A stretch of 63,457 bases of DNA, the filler included, from Atractiella rhizophila (lineage: Eukaryota), in NCBI GenBank assembly GCA_021432655.1. It is 4 parts of 4 records of this genome, joined end to end, with 100 filler letters (N's around TTAATTAATTAA, not from the genome) between each part and the next. Parts side by side here need not be neighbours in the genome. Positions count along the whole stretch, not along the records: positions 35,158 to 52,434 come from MU271875.1; 3 more parts are not named here. The stretch is one strand, 5' to 3'. Shown here one piece after another: positions 35,902-47,800 of the stretch. The notes below the pieces were generated by a model. That model saw only the letters and a list, made by a program, of their open reading frames with translations, made no database searches and had not been told where the DNA came from. The translations under genes were made by a program, and so were the position numbers. The first letter of the stretch is position 1. Each line of letters opens with the position of its first letter.

Positions 35902-37559
35902 TTACTCCAAAGTGACCTTGGCTCCAACCTCCTCCAACGCCGCCTTCATCTTCTCCGCATCTTCCTTCGTCACATTATCCTTCAGAACCTGGGGCAAGCT
36001 CTCCACGAAAGTCTTCGCCTATAGCACCATTGCACCAGACCACACAACATCAGGTACATCACTTTGCACCACTCCTCTCAGGGTGGGGAAGAGAAGGATA
36101 AACGCACCTGCATCAAGTTCATATCCGCTCTAACTCCCTTGACCGCCTTGATGACCTTTGCTTTAGCGTCGGCAGCTATCGATTCCAGCTTGACGGCAAA
36201 GATGGTCTTCTCCTTTGGTTTCTCAGGTGTGGCAGCTGGCTCGTCTTCCTCCACTGCTGCTGCTGCTGTTGGGGCGGCGGCTACTGGTCCGGTTGCGACG
36301 GGGGCGATGGCGGTGATGTTGAGCTTGGTCTGTGAGTCGAATGTCAGTCAGGATGATGATGTTTTACGGGAGTGCAAGCGAGATCAGCGAACGAAAAGGC
36401 GGTTGTGCAGACAATCTCGTAACAAAAAAGCAGAGTCAGTTGTTGATAGAAAATTTGCGTGACAGCGTGCCAACACCGATGATGTGCAAGAACAAGATCA
36501 TGATGTGAGATGAAACATGTTAAGCCAATGGACACAACATAGAAGCAACAACATGGTAGTTCACATATCGCTTTCCTGCCAATCGTCAGTCACTGAGTGT
36601 TAATAAAGGCAAAAGCAGAAGAAAAGGTTTCTTCTCGACGTAGAAACTGATGCTTCACGAGTACGGCCTATTTGTGGAGAAAGGGAGGGAATACGTGGAG
36701 ACAAATGCGGCTAAGCTGGTGAGAGCAAATGGAACAAAAAGGCGGTGCATCTTATCTACTTTGTGTTTGATGAAAGGAGAGGAGAGGAGCTTTGCTGTCT
36801 CTGTTGCGTTATACAATTCAGCAGACAAGCTACTTTCGCAAAAATGGTGCATGTACAGAAGTATGATATCAATTTATTCTTCGTGCGTACTGCAACGCAA
36901 ACCAGGATGAAAACGCCGTAATGCGCTGAGAACCACAATAGTGCAATCTACAGTTCTCTCCCATTTCGGCATTCTCTTCAAACATGCTGAATGAAACTGT
37001 AGTTGCTTTAAACGCGAGAACATAAAGAATATAAGTCTGGTCAGACAAGCATGAGCGCACATCAACATTCCACTGCCGCCTAACCTTTCATTATCCTTTT
37101 AAGGAATAAAAAGTCGGTATCAATAGGTCCACAAGACTAATACCGCTGCAATGGTTTGATTGTCTACCATCAACCGTCACTAATAGCAGGTCCAAGAAGC
37201 AGTATATGGAAGAACAAAAAGACGAAATGACAGTGCACCACCATTTCCTCTCACAACCACTGCTGCAGCCAACCAACTCAAGAACGAATACACACCTTCA
37301 AACCCTCAACCAACCACCCCGCCTCGACGAGCGTCAACTTTGAGATCTCAGCAATAAGCCTGTTGACCTTTCCTCCATAATCCTTCGTTTCGGGCGCCTT
37401 CAGCTTCTCTGCCTTCTCGGCTGAGTTTGCAGGCGGCGGGGGTGTTGAGGTGGAAGCGGCGGGAGGAACTGCAGCTGGCGTGGCGTAGTAACGCTGGGCC
37501 TGCGCGTGGAGGGGACGTGAGCGCGAGAGGGTGCGGATGGCGGAAGAGGAGCGGTACAT
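35902..37559 (-). CDS. MNP1: Mitochondrial ribosomal protein L7/L12 (bL12m), 3 exons
   Basis: Arg/Ser-rich presequence, [68 protein letters not shown]. Confidence 0.92.
36330..37295 (-). other. Unusually long (~970 nt), hairpin-rich first intron of the L7/L12 gene; possible embedded ncRNA
   Basis: GTGTGT donor, CTGAC branch and CAG acceptor join LK|TK in frame; several inverted-repeat stems inside. Confidence 0.7.
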
Positions 37560-38166
37560 GGTGCAGCTGGAAATGGTCTTGGAAACTGAAAGCACGAAGA
37601 AGCAAAGCAGCCAAAGAAATTTGAGAACTTGACGGCCCCTTGAGTTCATGAAATTGGCCCCTAGGCTCTGCATCTCCGCCTGCGAGAAGTCGATTTAATC
37701 TCTCGGCTAAGATAAATTTGCAAAGGAGGGGTGACGCGGGACGCTTTACAAGTAGAAATAAGGCATATCCTCTGTGTACTATAGCAGCCAGCATTGTAAG
37801 TCTTCCTGGCATTGAGGGAAAGAAACACGTTGGCCGTTAGACGATGCGCCAGCTTAATCACTCGCCTCCATAATAACGGGTAGATGCAAGTGCAAAATCA
37901 TGCTCGCTGCCTTTCGAGTTCGTAATAGCTATTGTGTGAGAGCACAGGCTGAGGCGAATTATTTCTGCAAGTCGTAAAGGAATCGACCAGACGAGAGCAA
38001 GGCAGACTTTATTCAGATCAGAAATTTTCACGGGAACCTTAGACCCTGTCAAAATTCTCGTTTTGCTGTCAGGGTTTCCGGTGGAGGAGTTAGTTGTCGG
38101 CTGGCTGGTTGCACGACAAGTGCCTGTGGTTGTGGACCGGAAAGGCTCCCTCTTGCTGAAGTTGAT

Positions 38167-39078
38167 ATGATCCTGCATACTCCACTCGGATGTTGTAAGC
38201 TTGCCTTGCAAAGCCTGGACTTTTTACACTCTCGCAGAACTCTCTGGGATTACGATGTTTCCTTCGGTGCATCACCTGAAATGCCCATTACGCTCTCTGA
38301 AAGGGATTTGCTTCCATCTTGTGTATCCCTACTTCTCTTTGCTTTACCCAACGTGACACACCTCAAGTCCCATTCCTCACGTTCCATTCGACCTGTTCAC
38401 AGAATCTTCCGATTTCTGCGCATTTCTACAGGCGCGTGCGCAAGGCTACAGCATCTAGCCTAGCGATAGATGATGATCTCATGGTTTCGAGCTTCCCAAC
38501 CTCAAGTTCCTGTCACTGTCTTCGTATTCTCTTCCACCACCTCTCTTTGCACTATTCCCACATCTTCTGCAATCTCAAGGTCTGCCGACCTGAAACTGCA
38601 AGGCGTAAACGTGGGCGGCATAGATGGGCATCCACATCCAGACTGTCCCTCTCCTTAGTCTCGAACCAGACCTGTGCTGAGTGGAATCACGTGGTTTGAT
38701 TATGTAGTTTTTGGCATCAATTCCACTCAGCTTCAACCTCGCGTACCTCCCCCGCAACAGCTGCTTCAGCTCTCACACCTTGCGAACCTGAGTTTTTGGG
38801 GCTTAGCTCTCAGTTCCAGCTTAAAATATTTGAATTGGTGGGTTCTGCAAGGTGAGCTTCCACGCATCAAATCGTTTATATTTCGCTCATTTTGCCTTCA
38901 GACCCTTGCCCAATGGATCAGAATTGGGTCACGAGCCATTCTTGTCAAGATATGGTGGGAAGCTGGTGGCGGAACGAGCCATTGCGGTCGTGAAGAGCAG
39001 CACGTCGGATCACGCCAGCGCACTGGTCTAGTGCCGAAGTCGGTGTCTCTCTCTCTCTGGGGTGGGGTGCAAACGTAG
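38167..39078 (+). pseudogene. Fragmented LRR-like/F-box-associated coding remnant
   Basis: Successive short ORFs with LPNVTHL, LQHLA/LAID, LPRIKSF patterns broken by stops and frame changes; introns not excluded. Confidence 0.3.
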
Positions 39079-40197
39079 AAGGGTTAAGAATTACATTGAA
39101 TTGCAATATTGGTAAACTACAAAAAGTGTGGTGGTATCTAAATGACAGCAAGACCTTGAGACTAAGGAGTTAACTTGAAATGCACTCAACAACTTCGCTT
39201 GAGTCAAGCAGAAGCTAAAACTCATGAAGCAACAAAAAGTGATGTTACAAGACTCTTGAATTCCTTAAATAGATCGTATTGAGCCACGCATGTCCAATTT
39301 GGCCCCTTCCTCATGCGCGGTTGCCGAGAAACTCGAGTTACGCGGAACACATCACGCTCTCCTTCGCTCTGCGTGAAAGTCGGTTTCGCAAGAGCGAAAG
39401 AGAAGGAAAATTAATCAGTAGGAATTACAGAACGCACCTAAAAACTCAGATTGCACTCATACTGAAGGCTCAACAGCGAATATTGAGGGAGGGACGTGTG
39501 GTTGAAGTTGAAAATAATTTCAAGTTTTTGAGTTTCTCCTTTTTCTCTCTACGAGTAGGACCAGACTAAGTGAGGTGGAAATGGTGGTCGAAATATTAGG
39601 TAACGTTGTGGGCATCGCTTGTGATTCCCATTTCGTTCCACAAATCTCATTCATTGGAATGCAGCATTCGGAAACATGCGAAGGCATTGATGGCGTACTC
39701 AACTTGATACGCATCGCTCTACCGCCAGAAGCGGCAGCTAGTCGTCACGTTTACTAGTGGACCAAGAGAGATCGCTTCTCTTTCATCGACACCGAATGTT
39801 GTGCAGAGAGAAAATCACGGTTCATCCTAGTGTATTTGAATGAGTGGAGTTATGCGGAAAGGCAGAGTTTTAGGCGGCGCAAATTACTTTTCTCTTCTAG
39901 TCAGAAAGTATTCGTGAATGGTTTTCAGATTTAATCAGAATCTGATGCTAATTGTACCGTTTGATTGTCAGTTTCTTCATTCAGTATATCCACAACTTCC
40001 TATATGTTCACAACCTCTTATTCTATCAAGTTCAGATACATTAACCTTCCTTTCTGCAAATATTACTTACTTCTCGCAATCGGACTTGCGACGTGACTTC
40101 ACCATGACACATCTCCTAGTGTGAGTCTTGCTGACTGAGATCGACGACGATGATATTATCCACGGGGTTTTGAACGCTCGCGACCAGGAACTAGCTC

Positions 40198-41877
40198 ATG
40201 GAATCTATGACGGCGAACACAGAGATTGCGCTGGCTGGACGACGATCAATTCATTGCCCGATGCAAAGCAACCAACAAGCGGATATGTGTATACAAGATG
40301 AGAGACAGCATGCGCTCCCTCTTGAATCCAACGCCTCTTCCCTACCGCCCGTTGATGGTGGATTCCGTGCATGGGCATTCGTCAGTTCTGCATTCATGCT
40401 TCAGCTACTCGTGCGTTCTTGGGGATCCTCATTCGGTTTGTCTGATTAAATCTTGTGAACCTCAAGTCTCAGTAATGGTATAGGCACGGTTCAAGCCTAC
40501 TTAACGACGAGCCCTCTCTTTTCGTCTGCTTCCGCCGCCAGCATTTCATCCATTGGAACGACAGGCGTGTGCCTGCAGTATTGTTGCCTGCCTTTTATCA
40601 TGGCGTGGTACAAACGCAATCCGCGGCGGATCCAGACGACCATGAAGATTGCACTTGTGATTAGCGCTGCAAGTTTCTTTGTTAGCAGCTTCAGCAACTC
40701 GGTTCGACCCTCTGACCTCCATACACCATACGTAACAAACTGAGTGTGATATGAAAGGTGTGGCAATTGATGCTCACGCAAGGACTTCTATGGGGAGTGT
40801 CATCGTCTATCCTGTAAGGCTTGCTCCTTCAGTCAACGGAGATTAATTCCCTGTTTCTGATTGAAGGCAATCTCCTGTCCTCCTCTATCTATCCGAGTGG
40901 TTTTCAACTCGTCGTGGCTTGGCTGGGGGCATCATTTTTGGAGCGTCTGGGGTTGGAGGTGCCATTGTCCCTCCATTTTTGGGATTCCTACTTGGGACGG
41001 TTAAATTTGCATGGACAGTTCGTATCTGGGCAGGAATGTACTTTGTCTTGGGAACGCTCAGCCTATGGCACACGAAACCAAGGATTCCGCCATCTTCTCG
41101 CTCTCCCACAGAAGAGAGGGACAACGAAATAGGCAGAAGTAACAACCATGACTGGAGCCGAAAGGGAGCCCTCAAGGCATTTAAAGAGGGGGCGGAAATC
41201 TGGGGCAATCCGTTGTTTCTTCTCATTGTTCGTACTTCCTTAACAACCCCTGATTATGGATAATTATGAATTGATGGAGTTGGTGAACATCTCAGGCAAT
41301 TACGGTTTCCCTTCAGTCAATCGCAACCTTTCCTGTCTCCTTTCACCTGCCCACCTACGCATCTACACTTGGATACCCCTTTGTCACCTCCACGCTGGTT
41401 CTGAGTGCTTACAACATTGCCGCCACCACATCGTATATCCTCATCGGTTATCTTACCGACAAAATTGATTTCCGCACTCTGCTCATCTTCACCTCTGTTT
41501 TTGCCTCTATCTTCTCTTACATTGTCTGGGGGTTCGCTCAAGATCTTGCTCTAACTTTTGTCTTCGCTTCAGGCTTTGGGGTATTGATAGGAGGAGTTGG
41601 TGCCATCTGGCCCGCAGCAGGGACGCAGATTGTCCGTTCCGTTTCTGATGGAAGAGGCATTGCACACTTCGACAGCAACTCCATCTTCTCTCTTCTTTCA
41701 ACTATCAAGGGTATTGCAGCACTGGCAGGCCCACCTCTCGCTAGCCTATTATATCAACCCACCTCTCAAGAGCATATGTATGGTGCGTACGGGTTTCAAA
41801 ACATCACAATCTTCGTAGGGAGTTTGTTGCTTGGAGCCGGAATTGTGAGTGCAGGAACACGGCTCCTGAAGCATTGA
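40198..41877 (+). CDS. MFS monocarboxylate transporter (Mch-like), multi-exon; start uncertain
   Basis: PPVDGGFRAW, LSEWFSTRRGLAGGIIFGASGVGG, IGYLTDK, GPPLA motifs. Confidence 0.87.
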
Positions 41878-42727
41878 ACAATAATAGGAACCGACACGGT
41901 GTCTGATCATGCTCGATGGTGCCATATACTGTTTTGCGTGGAGTGAAATGTGAAATGACTTCAGCAGCCCTTTTCACAAAATCCGATGATACCGTTGCGA
42001 ATATCGAAGCTGCTGTCAGAACGATTGTCACATCCGATAACTTGAAGAGCTTCAAGGCGTAAACGAGACGGCATCAAAGGGCACACTTCCCCTACCCTTG
42101 AACGACCTGTCCCTCTCCTACCATCACTTTACATTCAGGTCTTTTTTCGACCTGATCGGTCAGCTCTCGATCAAGCACCTCGAACTACGATCTTACTACG
42201 TGCCCTTTCGTCCGGATCCTTTGGAGGGAGGATACAGCGGGAATTACAACTCGTCTCAGCAGTCAGAAATAAGTTGCTTGCACTCAGCGTGTCTCCTGTC
42301 CGAGTTGAGTTCCTGACTAGCTTACCACAATGGCTGAAGAAATTAGCCATCTCTTTTCGCTCGAACTTGAATGCTTTGCTGCTGGAAATGCCTTACCTAT
42401 ACTTTGTCACCTCGGATCAAATCTCCGATATTTATTCTTTCTTTGCTAGAACCGAGATATCCATTTTCATATTCAATGACTGCATGGACTTGGAATATTT
42501 GAAACAAACCATTGTTACTGCTCACATTTAGAGGGCACTTCCTAGGTCATGTTACATAAAAAGTAAGCACGATGTGAACTTCAAACCAACTCAAGAGGAA
42601 GAAGAATTCTTTTTGTGGACTGAATTGTGTCAGAAATTTCAAGAACAGGACCAGTTTCAAGAGAAGCGCACGCAGGAACCCTTTTCGATCCATCATGACG
42701 GGAGCATTTATTTTATGTTGACGCGCC

Positions 42728-43267
42728 TTATTGATCAGCGTTAGCTTTGAGGTGCTCGAAGAAAATGAGCCTATTGCCTTTCATTCCAACATTGTACGAT
42801 TTACTAACGTCCCGCACAAAAACGAGAATAAGGTAGAGCGTACCATCTGGATCAGTGACCAAGAATTGTCGAAAACCCCAAGGTCTCGTTTCCACTCTCT
42901 CGGTAATATCTATGCCGCTCTTCTCCAGCAACTCTTCTACCAAGTCCACACTATTATCCCCTCCCTGCTCCCCATCCCAATCTCCATCAATCATCACCAT
43001 CACCTCCCCGGTCTCCAGCTTTTCCTTATCTCCTCTAGTGAGCTCGTGCACGTAAAGGAAGATACCGCAAGCCGACTTTGGACCCCTGGAGACACTGGCA
43101 TGCGTCGACGACTGAAAGTGGATTACGAATCCTGCCTTTTTGTACCATTCGACGGAGCGAGGGAGGGAAGAGACAGCAAAGCGGGGGATAATCTTGCTGA
43201 ACAGATTGCTCGTGGATTCTTGGAGGGATTGAATGCGAGAGGCATTGTCGGAATTTTGGGTGGCCAT
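42728..43267 (-). CDS. Glyoxalase/bleomycin-resistance (VOC) family protein, 1 intron
   Basis: IIPRFAVSSLPRSVEWYKKAGF ... PWGFRQFLVTDPDG|NRLIFFE. Confidence 0.85.
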   Translation of the reverse strand: MATQNSDNASRIQSLQESTSNLFSKIIPRFAVSSLPRSVEWYKKAGFVIHFQSSTHASVSRGPKSACGIFLYVHELTRGDKEKLETGEVMVMIDGDWDGEQGGDNSVDLVEELLEKSGIDITERVETRPWGFRQFLVTDPDGTLYLILVFVRDVSKSYNVGMKGNRLIFFEHLKANADQ

Positions 43268-43459
43268 TGGGTACGCTTCAGGGAATTAGATGGGCTCAAG
43301 TTGGAGTGATTTTCGGGAGAGGTGTGAAGAAGAAGCTGAGGCACAGCTCTATAAATGCCCTCGAAATGACTTCGATCTGACTTCGATCGGTGTTGCCGAA
43401 CCATGACAATTTATTTCGTGCGAGACCCACTGGCCCTTATTTTGAGTGCTCACGGATTC

Positions 43460-44576
43460 AGGAACAACAGCATACTCTCACAGCAATAGATGACAAGGAC
43501 ATAAAGATTGAACTGGCAGAACGAAGATCAGTTCATCACCCGATGCAAAACGACCAGCAAGCCGACATAGAGCGACTTAAGCTCCGTCTTGAATCCAACC
43601 TCACTTCCCTTTTACTAGTCGATGGTGGATTTCGTGCATGGGCATTCATTAGTTTTGCATCCATGCTCCAGCTACTCGTATGCTGGAAAGATAGGTGTGT
43701 GCTTGCAGTATTGTTGCATGCCTTCTACCATAATGGCGTGGTACAAACGCCATCAGCTCCCAATACCCATGGAAGATCAGGCTTGTGATTACAGCTGCAA
43801 GTTTGTTTGTTAGAAACTTCAACAACTCAACCCTCTCATGATGAGAAAACTGAAAGGTGTAGTAGGACTTGTATAGGGCGTGTCATCGTCTGTGCTGTGC
43901 TGTCGCTCCGCCTCTCTTTCAGTCAACCGCAAGTAGTTCCCTGTTCCTGTTGTAAGGCAATCTACGGTTCTCCTTTATCTATCCGAGTGGTTTCGACCCC
44001 GTCGTATCTTAGCTGGCAGCATCATTAGGGGAACATCTGGCGTTGGAGATGCCATTACCTCCATTGTGGTATTCCTACTTCGTATTCGGGCGGGAGTATA
44101 CTTTGTCTTGGGAGCGCTCAGCCTACAGTATACGAGATCAGAGATTCCGCTACCTTCTCGCTCTCCTACAGGGAGAAGCAACGAGAAGTGTAGAGGGTGA
44201 CTGTATTTGGGACAGCAATCTGGAGCAATCCGTTACTTCTGCTCATTGTTCGTACTTCCTATACACCCCAGGTTTATTGAATTGATGAGCACCTCGGGCA
44301 ACCTTTTGGAGTGTCAATGGGGAGTCGGTGCCATCGGGCCTACGCATATTGTTTCGTTCTGTGTCCAATAGAGGAAGTGCTACACACTTGGACAGTTTCT
44401 CTAGTTTTTCTCTTCTTTCAACCATCAAGGGCATCGCGATGTTGTGTTGGCGGGCCCACCTCTTGCTAGTCTATTGTATACCTACCTCGAAAGAGTGGTT
44501 GCATGGCGCGTATGGGTTTCAAAATTATAATCTTCGTTAGAGTCAGGTTTCCAGAACGCAGCTCCTGAAGCGTTGA
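43460..44576 (+). pseudogene. Decayed duplicate of the MFS gene at 40198-41877
   Basis: Colinear DNA similarity (GATGGTGGATT.CGTGCATGGGCATTC; TATCCGAGTGGTTT; TTCTCTTCTTTCAAC.ATCAAGGG) with deletions, frameshifts and stops. Confidence 0.85.
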
Positions 44577-44872
44577 CATCCTCGTAGAGAGTTCCATCTC
44601 ATGGCTTGGGTATCTTCTCAGGCTCCGACGGATACAAGTGGCAAATATCATAGAATGTTGTGAAAACGAATGTTACAAAAGGTTGGGTAGTTAGTACTCC
44701 GTAACACCCCTAAACTTGAAGAAACTGCAATCAATCCCTGGTATGCTTAAAAGCTTAATAAATAAGTAGTTGTCATAGGAGAGTCCCAAATGAAACAAAT
44801 TTTGTCGAGACTGAGCACCATAAAGAGAAATGACACAATAGACAACAGGATAAAGAGAAACGTCAAAATTGA

Positions 44873-47800
44873 TCAGGCAACAGGACGCATTCCTAGGTTC
44901 CACATCAGCTGCTCCAACTTCTGAATGTCCTGGTCTCGTGGTTGCAATTTGCCGTTGAGTGACGACCGTTTCGGGGTGGAAACCAGAGGACCTCGCACTT
45001 GCCGCGCTCTCGCGATGTGTTCGAAATCTCTTAGAATCGTCTTTACCTTTCGACGTCGCAGAGCCTCGTCATCTGAAGTCGCTTCAGTTGTGGCTGCGCT
45101 TGCATCTGCGCTACTAGTAGCTGTTCCTGTTGGCGTCGTTTCGGGGGTCTCTGAAGGCGTCGACGCAGAGGTGGTCTCCGCCGGGGTCGCAGAAGCGACG
45201 CCAGTAGTAGCTGCAGATTCTCTGTGAGATGAAGGGTGTCAGTTGTGGTCGTGGGCAGTCAAAGCGCGTGAAAGACGTACGCGGTATTAGTCAAGCCATT
45301 AGTCGTGCTAGTGGTGCCAGTGGTAGAGGATGTGGTAGCAATCGACGAGCTAGTTGAGTTGAGGGAGGAGCTACTGGACGATGTCGCGGCCTGACCTAGC
45401 GGCCCTAATGGGCCATTAGGACCAATGATTGTAAACACGCCGCTCCAGATGGGATCCAACAGGCTAGGAAGCTGGGTAAGACCAGGACCAAGATGTAGAA
45501 TGCCCTCGATGCATGACACAGCGCCGTCTAACAATCTATAACCTACGAGTTAGATCGGAAGACCAGATGGATCGAATGAGACGTACGTAGCCAGTAAGGC
45601 AACAAAGGTGAGCGTCTCACCAGTCCATTCAACACCGTTGAGCGTAAAATGGATATCGTATACCACACGGTCCTGACATTATTTTGTTAGAAAGTACATC
45701 AAAATCGTTTGCGAACAGACCTGATGATAGAATAGTGAGGGGATAATATACCCTCCTAATGACCCTATCGCTGCTCTCGCAGTGATGTCAAGGTCGAGAC
45801 CACGCGCGTGATTGAAGAGCCAGTTGATCAAAAGTGGCAGTGATCCAAATAAGCCTTGTGAAAGTTCGGAAACGATTTTTTCTGAACTATCGGAAACGAC
45901 ATGGGGTGGTCCCTCCAAAGGTGTTTGGAAGGTATGGTCGAACGCGCCATAAAGGGTACCATCCTGGTAGGCATTTACTTTGCTTTGCTCGATGAAAATC
46001 GGGGTCTCCAGCTCATTTGTAATCGTAAACGTCAGTTCCGTCTCCTTATCGCACACTAGCAGATAAAGCAAAGCCTGAGTATGATAAAACGAATGCACGG
46101 CGCAGTGAGAACTCACAGCCTTGGAAAATGTCTAGATAAATGTCGATATGGGTGACCAAGGGGGTTCCCAAGCCTGCGAAACTCGATTGCAAGGTTACTC
46201 CTTCAAGTGCCGCAGCCAATGACCCGTAAGGGGTCGAAGAGTCAGAGCCATGAATTTGAATCGGGATCTGACCTGTAGTAGATAGGTAAGCTGTGAGAAG
46301 AGATTCGGCGTTTGCGTTGCTGGGATCCGCTGGCATATAATGGAACTGTGATGGAATGGTGTTTGAGCCAGGAACCAGGTTGAGATCCGCGATCACGGCT
46401 TCTCCAACGACAGTACCATTGTAGACGACATCGAGAGCAACTTCGTTCGTCGTCAGAGTGATTTGTGATGGGTTGTTAAGGATGACGTCCAACGTGATGC
46501 GAATGAAATCGCTGCCAGTAGAGTTGCCAAATCTATCGCTGTTCGATCCAGATCCAACGACCAGAGGCCTTTCAGGAATGGTCGCAGTCCCTCCAAAATC
46601 ACTTAAACCAACGAGCGAGGTGGAAACGTTGAAGGGAATGCCAGAAATTGGAACATTTCCAATAGCAGTTTCAGCGAGAACGTCGGCTCCACCCTTCAAA
46701 ATGAAGTCTATCTCTGGGAGAAGCGTGACCCCACGGAAGAACTGTTGATAAGCAGCGTCGATGACGGAATCGAAAGTCACGTTCGAGAATTTGAGAACCA
46801 GTGGTGCTGGCTGTCCAGTCGAGGTGCCAGCGGAAACGACCGGTGCCATTGGGATATCCAAAGTTGCGACGTCGTATCCTTGACCCGCGGCAGTGATATT
46901 TTCACCAGACCGTAGAGGAGTGAGCTGGTTCCAACGTCAGCCTTGCGTTTTTTATTGCGAGAGCTTGCTTACCGAGAATCCGAAAGGATTGGTGAAAACA
47001 GCATCTGTTTCCTTATTCGAGATAGGAATATGAAAATCTTGAGATTTCTCCACCAGAACAGCCTCTAAATCCAAAAGTCTAAAGAATAGTAAATACCACG
47101 CATTGTAAGCACGACAGAGAAGCTTACTTGATACTGTTGATGATCTCGTATTGATGACCTGGCAAGATGACCTCTAAGGTCAACGTCTATAACGAAGTCA
47201 GGAGGAAGCCATCTGTGATAAATGTGGCGAACCTTGAAAGCCTTGGACAACCACGAGACCGGAGAATCGGGTTGAGCGGGACTCGTAACACTTAGGCCAG
47301 TAACATCGAGTGTTTGATTGACGCCTACAAGGAGTCAGTCACTATCCATCATTGGACGAGTTCTCACCTTGAAGGTAGTTCGAGCTAATGATACACAGGT
47401 CAGCAGGGAGAAAAAAGAAAGTTGGGACATTACAAAAGTACTCCAATAGTGTCGAGATTATCGCCTTTCTGTGGAATGATACGTCCGTCCAGATGTGTGT
47501 TTGTGACTGCCATCGGAGCGAGAGCCAGATTTTCAGCGACGATGGGACCAAGAGTGACACCTTGGAAGGATGAAGTGAAATCTGCTTTTCCCAGTACAAT
47601 TCCCAGATTTGCTGGGCTCGGGATGGAGCTGTCCGTGGAGATGGTGATACCTCCAGCAGCTAAGCAAAAGAGTCAGCTTGCAACGGGATTCAACATTGCT
47701 GCTTACGATCATCAGCTGGAAGCTCAAAATTAGAAATTGTGACTCCAGGTAGGCCGTTGAAAGCTTGGAATCCAATAACCTTCGAGAGGGTGACGTTGTC

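Noticed and set aside
37078..37086. CCTAACC as a possible telomerase RNA template
   Set aside because: Not a valid 1.5-repeat TTAGGG template (needs CTAACCCTAA-like) and antisense to the host gene
42098..42531. Short LRR-like ORF fragments (IKHLELRSY, LPQWLKKLAI)
   Set aside because: Too fragmentary to support a gene call
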